64,000 bases of DNA. Source: Dehalococcoidia bacterium (lineage in GTDB: Bacteria > Chloroflexota > Dehalococcoidia > Lucifugimonadales > Australimonadaceae). The stretch is taken from positions 476,852 through 540,851 of the forward strand of contig CBDFJL010000003.1 of the NCBI GenBank assembly GCA_965248495.1, in the 5' to 3' direction. Each line of letters begins with the position of its first letter. The first letter of the stretch is position 1. Shown here in pieces: positions 34,544 to 42,634 of this stretch. The translations under genes and the position numbers were made by a program. The notes under the pieces are model-generated. The model saw only the letters and a program-made list of their open reading frames with translations. It did no database searches and had not been told where the DNA came from.

Positions 34544-34648
34544 CGCTGTGTCACTCCTGACGGCACAAAGGTCCCCGCGTTCACGTCGCCGAGGGACGTA
34601 ACCGAGCCGCCGTAGCCCGCCAGGCGACGGCCCCGCTACAATAGCCGT

Positions 34649-35137
34649 ATGCCACCCGAGCTGCGGGCCAGCCTCGATGGAAACGGCCTCCGTGTCGGGC
34701 TCATCGCTTCCCTGTTCAACGAGTTCGTGACCGCCCGGCTGCTAAGCGGAGCGCTCGAAGCGCTCAATCGTGCCGGCGTCCGCGAGGAGGACACGCTGGT
34801 AGTGTGGGTCCCCGGCGCGCTGGAGCTGCCCCAGGCGGCCAAGCGCATGGCCGATTCGCGGCAGTGGGACGCGCTGGTAACCCTTGGCGCGGTCATCCGC
34901 GGCGAGACGACGCACTACGACCATGTCGCCACGGAGGCGGCGCGCGGCGTCGCGGAGGTTGCTCGGGAGACGGGGGTGCCGGTGGCCTTTGGCGTCCTGA
35001 CGACGGAGAACGCCGAGCAGGCGGCTGACCGGGCGGGCGGCAGGCTCGGCAACCGTGGAGCCGACGCCGCCGAGGCCGCCGTCAAGATGGCCAACCTTTT
35101 CCGCGCGTTGCGCGCGGACCGTGGAGTGCGCACATGA
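34649..35137 (+). CDS. ribH: 6,7-dimethyl-8-ribityllumazine synthase
   Basis: RVGLIASLFNEFVTARLLSGALEAL...VWVPGALELPQAA...LGAVIRGETTHYDHVA matches RibH. Confidence 0.92.
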   Translation: MPPELRASLDGNGLRVGLIASLFNEFVTARLLSGALEALNRAGVREEDTLVVWVPGALELPQAAKRMADSRQWDALVTLGAVIRGETTHYDHVATEAARGVAEVARETGVPVAFGVLTTENAEQAADRAGGRLGNRGADAAEAAVKMANLFRALRADRGVRT

Positions 35138-35586
35138 CCATTCAAGAGCGACTCATGGATGACCTGCGCACCGCCATGAAGGGGCACGACGAGGCGGCCA
35201 AGACTGCCATCCGAATGGTCCGCGCCGCCATCCAAAACAAGGAAAAGGAGAAGGGGGAGGAGGTCGGCGAGGACGCGACCGTCGAGATTCTCGCCCGCAT
35301 GGCACGTCAGTACCGCGAAAGCATCGACGCCTTCGGCCAGGCCAATCGGCGGGACCTCGTGGCGAAGGAGGAGGCCGAGCTGGCGGTCCTCATGCGCTAC
35401 ATGCCCGCACAGCTAGGCGCAGACGAGATCAGAGAGCTTGCCAAGCAGGCCGTCGCGGCGGCCGGGGCCAGCGGGCCTGGAGACCGGGGCAAGGTCATGG
35501 GCAAGCTGATGCCGCAGTTGCGTGGCAAGGCTGACGGCTCCGTCGTCAACGCCGTCGTCGGCGAGCTACTCGACTCGCTGGCCTAG
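35134..35586 (+). CDS. GatB/YqeY domain-containing protein
   Basis: MTIQERLMDDLRTAMKGHDEAAKTAIRMVRAAIQNKE...RGKVMGKLMPQLRGKADGSVVNAVVGELL matches the family. The ATG overlaps the ribH stop (ATGA). Confidence 0.85.
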   Translation: MTIQERLMDDLRTAMKGHDEAAKTAIRMVRAAIQNKEKEKGEEVGEDATVEILARMARQYRESIDAFGQANRRDLVAKEEAELAVLMRYMPAQLGADEIRELAKQAVAAAGASGPGDRGKVMGKLMPQLRGKADGSVVNAVVGELLDSLA

Positions 35587-35603
35587 CGGCAGGAAGGCAC
35601 CAA

Positions 35604-36314
35604 ATGGCCCTCAGGTTCGGCGTCGTGGTCTTCCCCGGCACCTGGAGCGACACGGACTGGCATCACGCGCTGGTGGACACGCTCGGGGCCGATGCCGGGT
35701 ACGTGTTCCATAAGGAAACGGACGTCAGCCGATTCGATTGCCTGGTGCTCCCCGGCGGGTTCTCGTACGGCGACTACCTGCGCCCCGGCGCCATCGCCCG
35801 CTTCTCGCCGGTCATGGAGGCCATCGTGCGCTTCGCGGGCGACGGAGGCCCCGTCATCGGCTCATGCAACGGCTTCCAGGTGCTATGCGAGGCGGGGCTG
35901 CTGCCTGGCGCCCTCATGCGCAACCGCCACCTGGAGTTTCGATGCCAGGAGCAATACCTGCGTGTCGAGCGGGCTGCGGCGCCGTTCACGTCGCTGTACG
36001 AGCCGGGGCAGGTCGTTTCGCTACCCATCTCCCACGGTGATGGCAACTACTTCATCGACGAGGCCGGGCTGGAGCGGCTCGAGGCGAACGGGCAGATCGC
36101 TTTCCGCTACTGCGACGCGGAGGGCGACGTGAGCGCGGCGGCGAACCCGAACGGCTCGCGGGCCAACATCGCCGGCGTCACCAACATGGCCGGCAACGTC
36201 CTCGGCCTGATGCCGCATCCCGAGCGCGTCGTCGAAGCCGCGCTCGGCGGCACCGACGGCCTGTTGATCCTCCAGTCGATCGCCAGTGCGGTCGAGCGCG
36301 CAGCGACGGTCTAG
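35604..36314 (+). CDS. purQ: phosphoribosylformylglycinamidine synthase subunit PurQ
   Basis: FGVVVFPGTWSDTD...LVLPGGFSYGDYLR...GSCNGFQVLCEAGLLPG...MPHPER shows the triad glutaminase motifs. Confidence 0.92.
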   Translation: MALRFGVVVFPGTWSDTDWHHALVDTLGADAGYVFHKETDVSRFDCLVLPGGFSYGDYLRPGAIARFSPVMEAIVRFAGDGGPVIGSCNGFQVLCEAGLLPGALMRNRHLEFRCQEQYLRVERAAAPFTSLYEPGQVVSLPISHGDGNYFIDEAGLERLEANGQIAFRYCDAEGDVSAAANPNGSRANIAGVTNMAGNVLGLMPHPERVVEAALGGTDGLLILQSIASAVERAATV

Positions 36315-36320
36315 CGCACC

Positions 36321-36764
36321 GTGGGACTGGGAATTGCACTGGCGCTGGTCGCGACGCTCGCCTTCGGCTTCGGTGACGTGCTCGTACGTCGAGCGTTGAA
36401 CACGACGGCGCCCGGCGTGGTGGTGACAGTCACGGTGACGGTCACCGTGCTGACCCTCGCGGTGCTCGCCGTGGCTCTGGAGGGATTGGATGTGCTGACC
36501 TCCCAGACAGCGGCGTTCTACGGGTTCACCGTGCTTATGGGATTTCTGTCCAACGTGTCGGGGCAGCTGCTCTACTTTCACGGTCTCCATCGGGTGGGAA
36601 TCACCCTTGCCGCACCGATGCTCGGTGCCGCACCGCTCTTCGCCATCGCGCTCGCCGTGGTCATCGCGGACGAGCGCCCCAGCACGGCCACCGTCGCCGG
36701 GGCCTTCGTCATCGTCCTGGGCGTCGGCGTGCTGGTCAGCGAGCGCGGCAAGGTGCTCCGATGA
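36321..36764 (+). CDS. EamA-domain half-size transporter (DMT superfamily), first of a pair
   Basis: 147 aa and strongly hydrophobic. LVATLAFGFGDVLVRRAL...APLFAIALAVVIADERPS..AGAFVIVLGVGVL matches a single EamA repeat. Confidence 0.65.
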   Translation: MGLGIALALVATLAFGFGDVLVRRALNTTAPGVVVTVTVTVTVLTLAVLAVALEGLDVLTSQTAAFYGFTVLMGFLSNVSGQLLYFHGLHRVGITLAAPMLGAAPLFAIALAVVIADERPSTATVAGAFVIVLGVGVLVSERGKVLR

Positions 36765-37228
36765 CGTCGGCCGACCGCAGCATGCCGGTGGCGACCCGCG
36801 TTACCAGTGGTATCCTCCTCACGCTGACCGCGGCCATGTCGTTCGCGTCGGCAGGGTTCATCGCTAGCCGGCTTGTCGACGACGCCACACCCGGAGTCGC
36901 CGTTGCGTTCTTCGAGGCCAGCTTCGGCATGGGCTTCGTTATCGCCGTCAACGGCGCGCTCCTGCGGCGCACGCGGCGAATCGACCGAGGTGCAGTGTTC
37001 TGGATCGCGGGCGCCGGAGCGTCTTTCGCAGTCGCCATCAGCGCCTTCTACACGTCCCTTGAGCGCATCCCGTTCAGCGTCGGCGCGCCGATCACCGGCG
37101 CGGTGCCGCTGGTGTCCTACGCCTTCGTCTTCGTGCTGCTGCGCGGGCAGGAGCGGATCACGCCGCGAGCCCTCATCGGCGCCGCGATGGTGGTCGCGGG
37201 CGTGGGCGTGGTCGGAGCGACGGCGTGA
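36761..37228 (+). CDS. EamA-domain half-size transporter (DMT superfamily), second of a pair
   Basis: 155 aa. LLTLTAAMSFASAGFIASRL...PLVSYAFVFVLLRGQERITPRALIGAAMVVAGVGVV matches an EamA repeat. The ATG overlaps the upstream stop (ATGA). Confidence 0.65.
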   Translation: MTSADRSMPVATRVTSGILLTLTAAMSFASAGFIASRLVDDATPGVAVAFFEASFGMGFVIAVNGALLRRTRRIDRGAVFWIAGAGASFAVAISAFYTSLERIPFSVGAPITGAVPLVSYAFVFVLLRGQERITPRALIGAAMVVAGVGVVGATA

Positions 37229-37238
37229 GCGTGACCCC

Positions 37239-39449
37239 ATGAGCGTATCCAAAGAGACGCTGGACCAGATCGCGCTCAGTGGCGACGAGTACGACCTCAT
37301 CGTCCAGAAGCTGGAGCGCGAGCCCAGCGAGGTGGAGCTGGGGATGTTCGGCGCGATGTGGAGCGAGCACTGCGGGTATAAGCACTCCAAGCCCTTGCTG
37401 GGCCTGTTCCCAACCACGGGAGCGGCGGTCCAGGTGGAGGCTGGCCAGGAAAATGCCGGCATGGTCGACGTGGGCGACGGTCTCAGCGTCGTCTTCAAGG
37501 CCGAGTCACACAACCATCCGTCGGCTGTCGAGCCCTACCAGGGAGCGGCGACCGGGGTCGGCGGCATCATCCGCGACATCCTGGCGATGGGGGCGCGACC
37601 CATGGCGCTCCTCAACTCGCTGCGCTTCGGCCCGCTGGACGATCCCCAGAACAGGCACCTGTTCGAGGGCGTCGTCGCCGGCATCTCCGGCTACGGCAAC
37701 TGTGTCGGGATTCCCGACGTAGGCGGCGAGATACAGTTCGATGCTTCGTACGCAGGCAACCCCCTGGTCAACGCCATGTGCATCGGGATACTCCCCCACG
37801 GCTCACTCGTGCGCGCTGCCGCTAGCGTTCCTGGCTCGCAATTGATGCTGGTCGGGGCGTCGACCGGACGCGATGGGATCCATGGCGCATCGGGCCTGGC
37901 CTCGCGCACCTTCGAGGACGAGCGGGAGATGCGGCCCACCGTCCAGGTCGGTGACCCTTTCCTCGAAAAGGTACTGATCGAGGCCTGCCTCGAAGTGGCC
38001 CGCGGAGGTCACCTCGAAGGCATGCAGGACTTAGGTGCCGCCGGCCTCACCAGCTCCGTCGTCGAGAGCGCGCACCGCGGCGGCACGGGGTTTGTGCTGG
38101 ACGTGGCCCTCGTGCCGCGCCGCGAGGCCGGTATGACGCCCTACGAGGTCATGCTGTCGGAGTCCCAGGAGCGCATGCTGCTGATCGTGAAGCCCGGCAA
38201 AGAGGTCGCGGTCGCAGGCATACTCGACCGCTGGGACCTGGCCCACGCCGTGATCGGCCACATCACCGCCGACGGTATCGCCCGCGTCGTCGACGGCGAA
38301 ACGACGGTGGGCGAGGCGCCCGTCGCCACGCTGGTCGAGGCCCCACAGTACCGCCCACCCGGTGTCCGCCCCATCGAGCTCGATGCGCTGCACGCGGCGC
38401 CCATGCCCGCGGAGCCGGCGCGCGGCGAGGCCAACGCGCTGCTGGCCCGGATGCTCGCCTCGCCCAACGTCGCCTCCCGCCGCGCTGTCTATCGACGGTA
38501 CGACCACGAGGTGCAGACCAACACGCTCATCAAGCCAGGCCACGCCGACGCAGCCGTGCTCCGCCTTCGGGGCACCGCGCGCGCCATCGCCATGGCCATC
38601 GACGGCAACGGTCGCACGGCCTACTTGGAGCCGTACGTGGGAGGCGCGATGGCGGTCGCCGAGGCTTGCCGTAACGTCGCGTGCACCGGCGCCCGGCCCC
38701 AGGCGGTCACCGACTGCCTCAACTTCGGCGACCCCGAGAAGCCGGAGGTGTACTACCAGCTCGAACAGGCCATCCGAGGCATGGCCGACGCGTGCAGGGC
38801 CCTCGGCGTTCCCGTGGTCAGCGGCAACGTGTCGCTGTACAACGAGACGAGAGGCCGGGCCATCTACCCGACGCCCGTGGTCGGCGCGTTGGGTGTGCTG
38901 GCGGACGCCGAGACGCGCGTCACCGCCGGCTTCCAGAGCCCCGGTGACACTGTGGTGCTGCTCGGCGCCGACCGCGTGGCCGGGCTCGCCGAAGACCTGG
39001 CCGGCTCAGAGTACCTGGCTCACGAGCACGGCCAGGTCTGCGGCCGACCGACCATCGATCTCGCGGCCGAGGCGCGGCTGCAGGCGCTGCTCGTCGATCT
39101 GGCCGAGGCCAGGCTATTGCGCTCCGCTCACGACTGCTCCGAGGGCGGACTCGCCGTCGCCGTTGCGGAGTCAGCAATCATCGGTGGCGTGGGAGCCGCG
39201 CTTGACGCCGCTATCACGGGGCGGTGGGACGCCGCGCTGTTCGGTGAGCCAGCATCCCGCGTCGTAGTCTCAGCCTCGCCATCGAACGAACAGGTGCTGC
39301 TGGCGCGGGCCGCGAGCGCCGGCGTGCCGGCCGTGCGCCTGGGCAGCGTCGGCGGTGAGGGGCTGCGATGGGGCACTTTAGTCGACGTGCCCATCGCGGT
39401 GCTAAGCGAGGCCCACGGGGGCGGGCTGGAGCGGGCGCTGGCGGGTTAG
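37239..39449 (+). CDS. purL: phosphoribosylformylglycinamidine synthase subunit PurL
   Basis: LSGDEYDLIVQKLEREPSEVELGMFGAMWSEHCGYKHSK...ESHNHPSAVEPYQGAATGVGGIIRD matches PurL. Start at ATG 37239 inside track ORF 36873..39449. Confidence 0.93.
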   Translation: MSVSKETLDQIALSGDEYDLIVQKLEREPSEVELGMFGAMWSEHCGYKHSKPLLGLFPTTGAAVQVEAGQENAGMVDVGDGLSVVFKAESHNHPSAVEPYQGAATGVGGIIRDILAMGARPMALLNSLRFGPLDDPQNRHLFEGVVAGISGYGNCVGIPDVGGEIQFDASYAGNPLVNAMCIGILPHGSLVRAAASVPGSQLMLVGASTGRDGIHGASGLASRTFEDEREMRPTVQVGDPFLEKVLIEACLEVARGGHLEGMQDLGAAGLTSSVVESAHRGGTGFVLDVALVPRREAGMTPYEVMLSESQERMLLIVKPGKEVAVAGILDRWDLAHAVIGHITADGIARVVDGETTVGEAPVATLVEAPQYRPPGVRPIELDALHAAPMPAEPARGEANALLARMLASPNVASRRAVYRRYDHEVQTNTLIKPGHADAAVLRLRGTARAIAMAIDGNGRTAYLEPYVGGAMAVAEACRNVACTGARPQAVTDCLNFGDPEKPEVYYQLEQAIRGMADACRALGVPVVSGNVSLYNETRGRAIYPTPVVGALGVLADAETRVTAGFQSPGDTVVLLGADRVAGLAEDLAGSEYLAHEHGQVCGRPTIDLAAEARLQALLVDLAEARLLRSAHDCSEGGLAVAVAESAIIGGVGAALDAAITGRWDAALFGEPASRVVVSASPSNEQVLLARAASAGVPAVRLGSVGGEGLRWGTLVDVPIAVLSEAHGGGLERALAG

Positions 39450-39458
39450 CGGCAGGCT

Positions 39459-39686
39459 CCCTCTCCCTGTCAGGGGGCTTTGCCTCAAATTGGTTTTTCG
39501 GCCCGTCAGGTCCTGGTATTACGCCATCCTTTCGACCATCCCCCTACCCCCTTCCTAGCCAGGAAGGGGGTAATAAAGAGCCAAAGCGGGGGATACCCCC
39601 GCGCCCCCAGCAGAGGGGGTGCCCTCTGCACTTCCCTAGCAGACGGCCGAACGCGGGTTTGAGGCAAAGCCCCGTTGGGGAGAGGG
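39459..39686. repeat. 228-bp structured element bounded by ~30-bp imperfect terminal inverted repeats (MITE-like or structured RNA)
   Basis: The left end is CCCTCTCCCTGTCAGGGGGCTTTGCCTCAAA (39459-39489). The right end is TTTGAGGCAAAGCCCCGTTGGGGAGAGGG (39658-39686). Internal hairpins include CCCCCTTCCT-AGCC-AGGAAGGGGG (39547-39570), GGGGGATACCCCC and CAGAGGGGGTGCCCTCTG. Confidence 0.8.
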
Positions 39687-39889
39687 CCCCCGAGGACACG
39701 GCCCAAGAAACGTGGGCTAGCCTCTTGACCCCCGACGAGGGGGCACCCCCGATACTCCCGCCCGGCGCACTCAGGAGACATCCGGGCCTGGCCCGATCGT
39801 TCCCCTGAGTTCAATACTCGGATGCTATCCTGTTCGATCGAGGCCACGGTACGAGTCCGAGGCCCTATCCCGATCGAGGTAGTAACGCA

Positions 39890-40564
39890 ATGCGAGTCAT
39901 CTTTTTAGAGGACGTACCTGGGACCGCCGACGCGGGCGAGGTGCGAGAGGTTAAGAACGGTTTCGCACGCAACTTCCTGTTGCCGCGAGGCCTGGCCACG
40001 GCTGCGACAGTCGATGCACTCCAGCGTGCCAACGCTATCCACAAGGTGGCGACGGGCAAGCGCGTCAAGGAGTCCAGCGACTGGCAGGTCGTCGCCAACG
40101 CCATCGAGGGGTCGCACGTGGTGGTCGAGGCAAGGGTCGGGCCAACGGGACGTCTGTTCGGTGCCGTGACCGGCCGCCATATCGCCGACAAGCTCTCGGA
40201 GCTGACCGGCCGGCCCCTCGAACACCGGCAGGTGCTGCTGGGCGAGGCGATCCACGACCCTGGCGACTACGACGTGAACGTGCGGCTCTACCGTGAGGTG
40301 CAGACCAGTGTGAAGGTTTCCGTCGTGCCGGAGGGCTACCTCGAGCAGCAGGCTGCGGGGAAAACCGATGGCGTCGAGGCAGCGGTGGCCGAGGAGCAGC
40401 CCGAGGAGGCAGTGGCCGAGGAGCAGCCCGACGCTGAGGTGCCGGAGGCCAAGGTTAAGGCGCCCAAAGTCAAGGCCAAGGCCAAGGCCAAGGCTAAGGC
40501 GCCCACGGCCGAGGCGATCAACGACGCGACAGCCGAAGACGCCGAAGAGGAACCAGAGGAGTAG
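39890..40564 (+). CDS. rplI: 50S ribosomal protein L9 with ~75-aa acidic/Lys-Ala C-terminal extension
   Basis: MRVIFLEDVPGTADAGEVREVKNGFARNFLLPRGLA is the L9 N-domain. The tail is ...AVAEEQPEEAVAEEQPDAEVPEAKVKAPKVKAKAKAKAKAPTAEAINDATAEDAEEEPEE. Confidence 0.9.
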   Translation: MRVIFLEDVPGTADAGEVREVKNGFARNFLLPRGLATAATVDALQRANAIHKVATGKRVKESSDWQVVANAIEGSHVVVEARVGPTGRLFGAVTGRHIADKLSELTGRPLEHRQVLLGEAIHDPGDYDVNVRLYREVQTSVKVSVVPEGYLEQQAAGKTDGVEAAVAEEQPEEAVAEEQPDAEVPEAKVKAPKVKAKAKAKAKAPTAEAINDATAEDAEEEPEE

Positions 40565-40576
40565 AACGCGGGACAG

Positions 40577-41950
40577 ATGTACGCTGAGCAGCTACCACCC
40601 CACGATATCGACGCCGAGGAAGCCGTCATTGGCTCGCTGCTCATCGACGGAGAGTCGATAAACCGCATCGCGACCCTTGTCGGTTCCGGCGACTTCTACC
40701 GAGATCGCAACCGCTGGTGCTATGAGGCCTGCCAGGCGCTCTACCAGCGCGGCGACGCCATCAACCAGCTGACGGCCTCCCACGAGCTTGGCCTCGGCAA
40801 CCGGCTCGACGACGTCGGGGGCCCGGCCTACCTCAGCCACCTGATAGCCATGGTGCCGACGTCGGTGCACGTCGAGCACTACGCACGCATCGTCAACCGC
40901 ACGGCGACAATGCGCCGGCTCATCGACGCAGCCGGCGACATCGCGACCATCGGCTACGCCGACTCGGCGGACATCGACCAGGCCATCACCCAGGCCGAGG
41001 ACGCCATCTTCAAGGTGCGCGGAACCTCCGCCGTCCGCGACTTCGTCACCATCCGGCAGGTGTTGGACGACTACCTCGAGGAGACCTCCGGCGCCAACGC
41101 CGACTCCCGCACCGTCGGTCCGATCCACTCCGGCTTCACGGACATCGACAGCGTGCTCGGGGGACTCCAACGCGGGGACCTGATGATCATCGCCGCGAGG
41201 CCGTCGCTCGGTAAGTCCACACTCGCCATGAACATCGCGCGCAACGCGGCTCAACAGGGCGCGGTCGGCGCGGTGTTCAGTCTGGAGATGAGCCGGGACC
41301 AGATCGCCCTGCGGCTCCTCTGCGCGGAGGCCGAGGTGGTCAGCCACCGCCTTCGCATCGGGCTGCTGACGGACGCGGAATCGTCACGGGTCATGGAGGC
41401 CATCGGTGAGCTTTCCGACCTGTCGATCTACCTAGACGACTCAGCGGCGCAGACGGTACCGCAGATGCGCTCCAAGCTGCGCCGCCTCCACACGGAGCGC
41501 GGCGTCGACCTGGTGATCGTCGACTACCTCCAACTGATGAGCGGGTCGAGCGTGCGTGGGGAAAACCGTGTAACGGAGCTGGGCGAGATCACCCGTTCGC
41601 TCAAGGCAGTTGCGCGCGACCTCAACGTCCCGGTTATCGCCATCTCGCAGCTCAGCCGCGCGATCGAGCAGCGTCCCGACCACTATCCGATGCTGTCGGA
41701 CCTTCGCGAGTCAGGCTCCATCGAGCAGGACGCGGACGTCGTTGCGTTCATCCACCGAGAGGACAAGTACACGAACCAGGAGCAGTGGGAGCAGCGCAAC
41801 CCCACCAAGCCCTACCCGGAGAATGTTGCCCAGATCGTCATCGCCAAAAACCGGCACGGGCAGACCAGCACGGTGGAGCTCTACTTCCGAGGCCACTTCT
41901 TCCGCTTCGAGAACTTCGCCACCGTCGAATCCGGCCTGGGCTGGGAGTAG
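40577..41950 (+). CDS. dnaB: replicative DNA helicase DnaB
   Basis: PPHDIDAEEAVIGSLLID...GFTDIDSVLGGLQRGDLMIIAARPSLGKSTLAMNIA...VDYLQLM...ISQLSRAIEQR...SDLRESGSIEQDADVV matches DnaB. Confidence 0.95.
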   Translation: MYAEQLPPHDIDAEEAVIGSLLIDGESINRIATLVGSGDFYRDRNRWCYEACQALYQRGDAINQLTASHELGLGNRLDDVGGPAYLSHLIAMVPTSVHVEHYARIVNRTATMRRLIDAAGDIATIGYADSADIDQAITQAEDAIFKVRGTSAVRDFVTIRQVLDDYLEETSGANADSRTVGPIHSGFTDIDSVLGGLQRGDLMIIAARPSLGKSTLAMNIARNAAQQGAVGAVFSLEMSRDQIALRLLCAEAEVVSHRLRIGLLTDAESSRVMEAIGELSDLSIYLDDSAAQTVPQMRSKLRRLHTERGVDLVIVDYLQLMSGSSVRGENRVTELGEITRSLKAVARDLNVPVIAISQLSRAIEQRPDHYPMLSDLRESGSIEQDADVVAFIHREDKYTNQEQWEQRNPTKPYPENVAQIVIAKNRHGQTSTVELYFRGHFFRFENFATVESGLGWE

Positions 41951-41956
41951 GCCTGC

Positions 41957-42634
41957 GTGGCCCCGTTCGACGGCTTTCCCGCCGGCGCTCGCTCGGTACC
42001 CGTGCCGGCACCGCTGTTGGGCCAGCTCCTCGCCGAGGTCGAAGACCAGGCGGAGCTGAAGTGCACGTTGCGCTTCTTCTGGCACCTCGCGCAGCGGCAC
42101 GGCTTCGGCCGCCCGGTCCCGGAGGCGACCTTCGACGAGGACGGCGTGCTCCTCAGCGCTCTCGGCTCAGCCGATGCCGTGCGCCGGGGCCTCAGCCTCG
42201 CGGTGAGCCGAGGCACGCTACTCGCCGCGGCCGATGCGGCGGGCCACCGCGTCTACCTCGCGAATAGTCCCGATGGGCGACGTGCCGCCGAGGCGCTTGG
42301 GCCGGCGATTGAGCAGGGCGTGGGGCAAGGCGAACGCCCGGAAGCAGGCCCTCCGCCGGAGCGGCCGAACGTCTTCGAGCTCTACGAGACCAACATCGAG
42401 ATGCTGACGTACATGGTCGCCGAGCAGCTGCGCGACGCTGAACAGACCTACCCCGCCGAATGGATCGAGGCCGCGATACGGGAAGCGGTCGAAAACAATG
42501 CACGCAGCTGGCGCTACATTGACCGCGTTCTCGAGCGCTGGGCAAAGGAAGGACGAGGCCGTGGAGCGGATGGAAAGCCTGGGGGACATCCTCAAGCGCT
42601 TACAGCAGCAGAGTATCGGCGCCGTTCCCGCTGA
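41957..42634 (+). CDS. DnaD-domain (DnaB_2-type) replication protein
   Basis: The C-terminus NVFELYETNIEMLTYMVAEQLRDAEQTYPAEWIEAAIREAVENNARSWRYIDRVLERWAKEG fits the DnaD/DnaB(Bsu) C-terminal repeat (n.f..YE.nig.lt......i......e.i..Ai.eA...n.rs..Yi..IL..W...G). Starts with GTG. Confidence 0.7.
   Translation: MAPFDGFPAGARSVPVPAPLLGQLLAEVEDQAELKCTLRFFWHLAQRHGFGRPVPEATFDEDGVLLSALGSADAVRRGLSLAVSRGTLLAAADAAGHRVYLANSPDGRRAAEALGPAIEQGVGQGERPEAGPPPERPNVFELYETNIEMLTYMVAEQLRDAEQTYPAEWIEAAIREAVENNARSWRYIDRVLERWAKEGRGRGADGKPGGHPQALTAAEYRRRSR

Noticed and set aside
34361-34615. 84-aa ORF inside the ribBA-ribH spacer
   Set aside because: It has a low-complexity composition, spans family C repeats, and has no RBS or motif.
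39723-39756. Promoter for rplI-dnaB (CTTGAC ... GATACT)
   Set aside because: The -35-like TTGACC and -10-like GATACT are about 20 nt apart, which is too far for a standard sigma-70 promoter. I do not report it as a feature.
39368-39847. Track ORFs 39368..39808(+), 39480..39662(+), 39506..39847(-) as genes
   Set aside because: They run through the inverted-repeat element, and their peptides (GGYPRAPSRGGALC, PPLLGARGYPPL) are mirror translations of palindromic DNA. None has an RBS or a recognisable domain.
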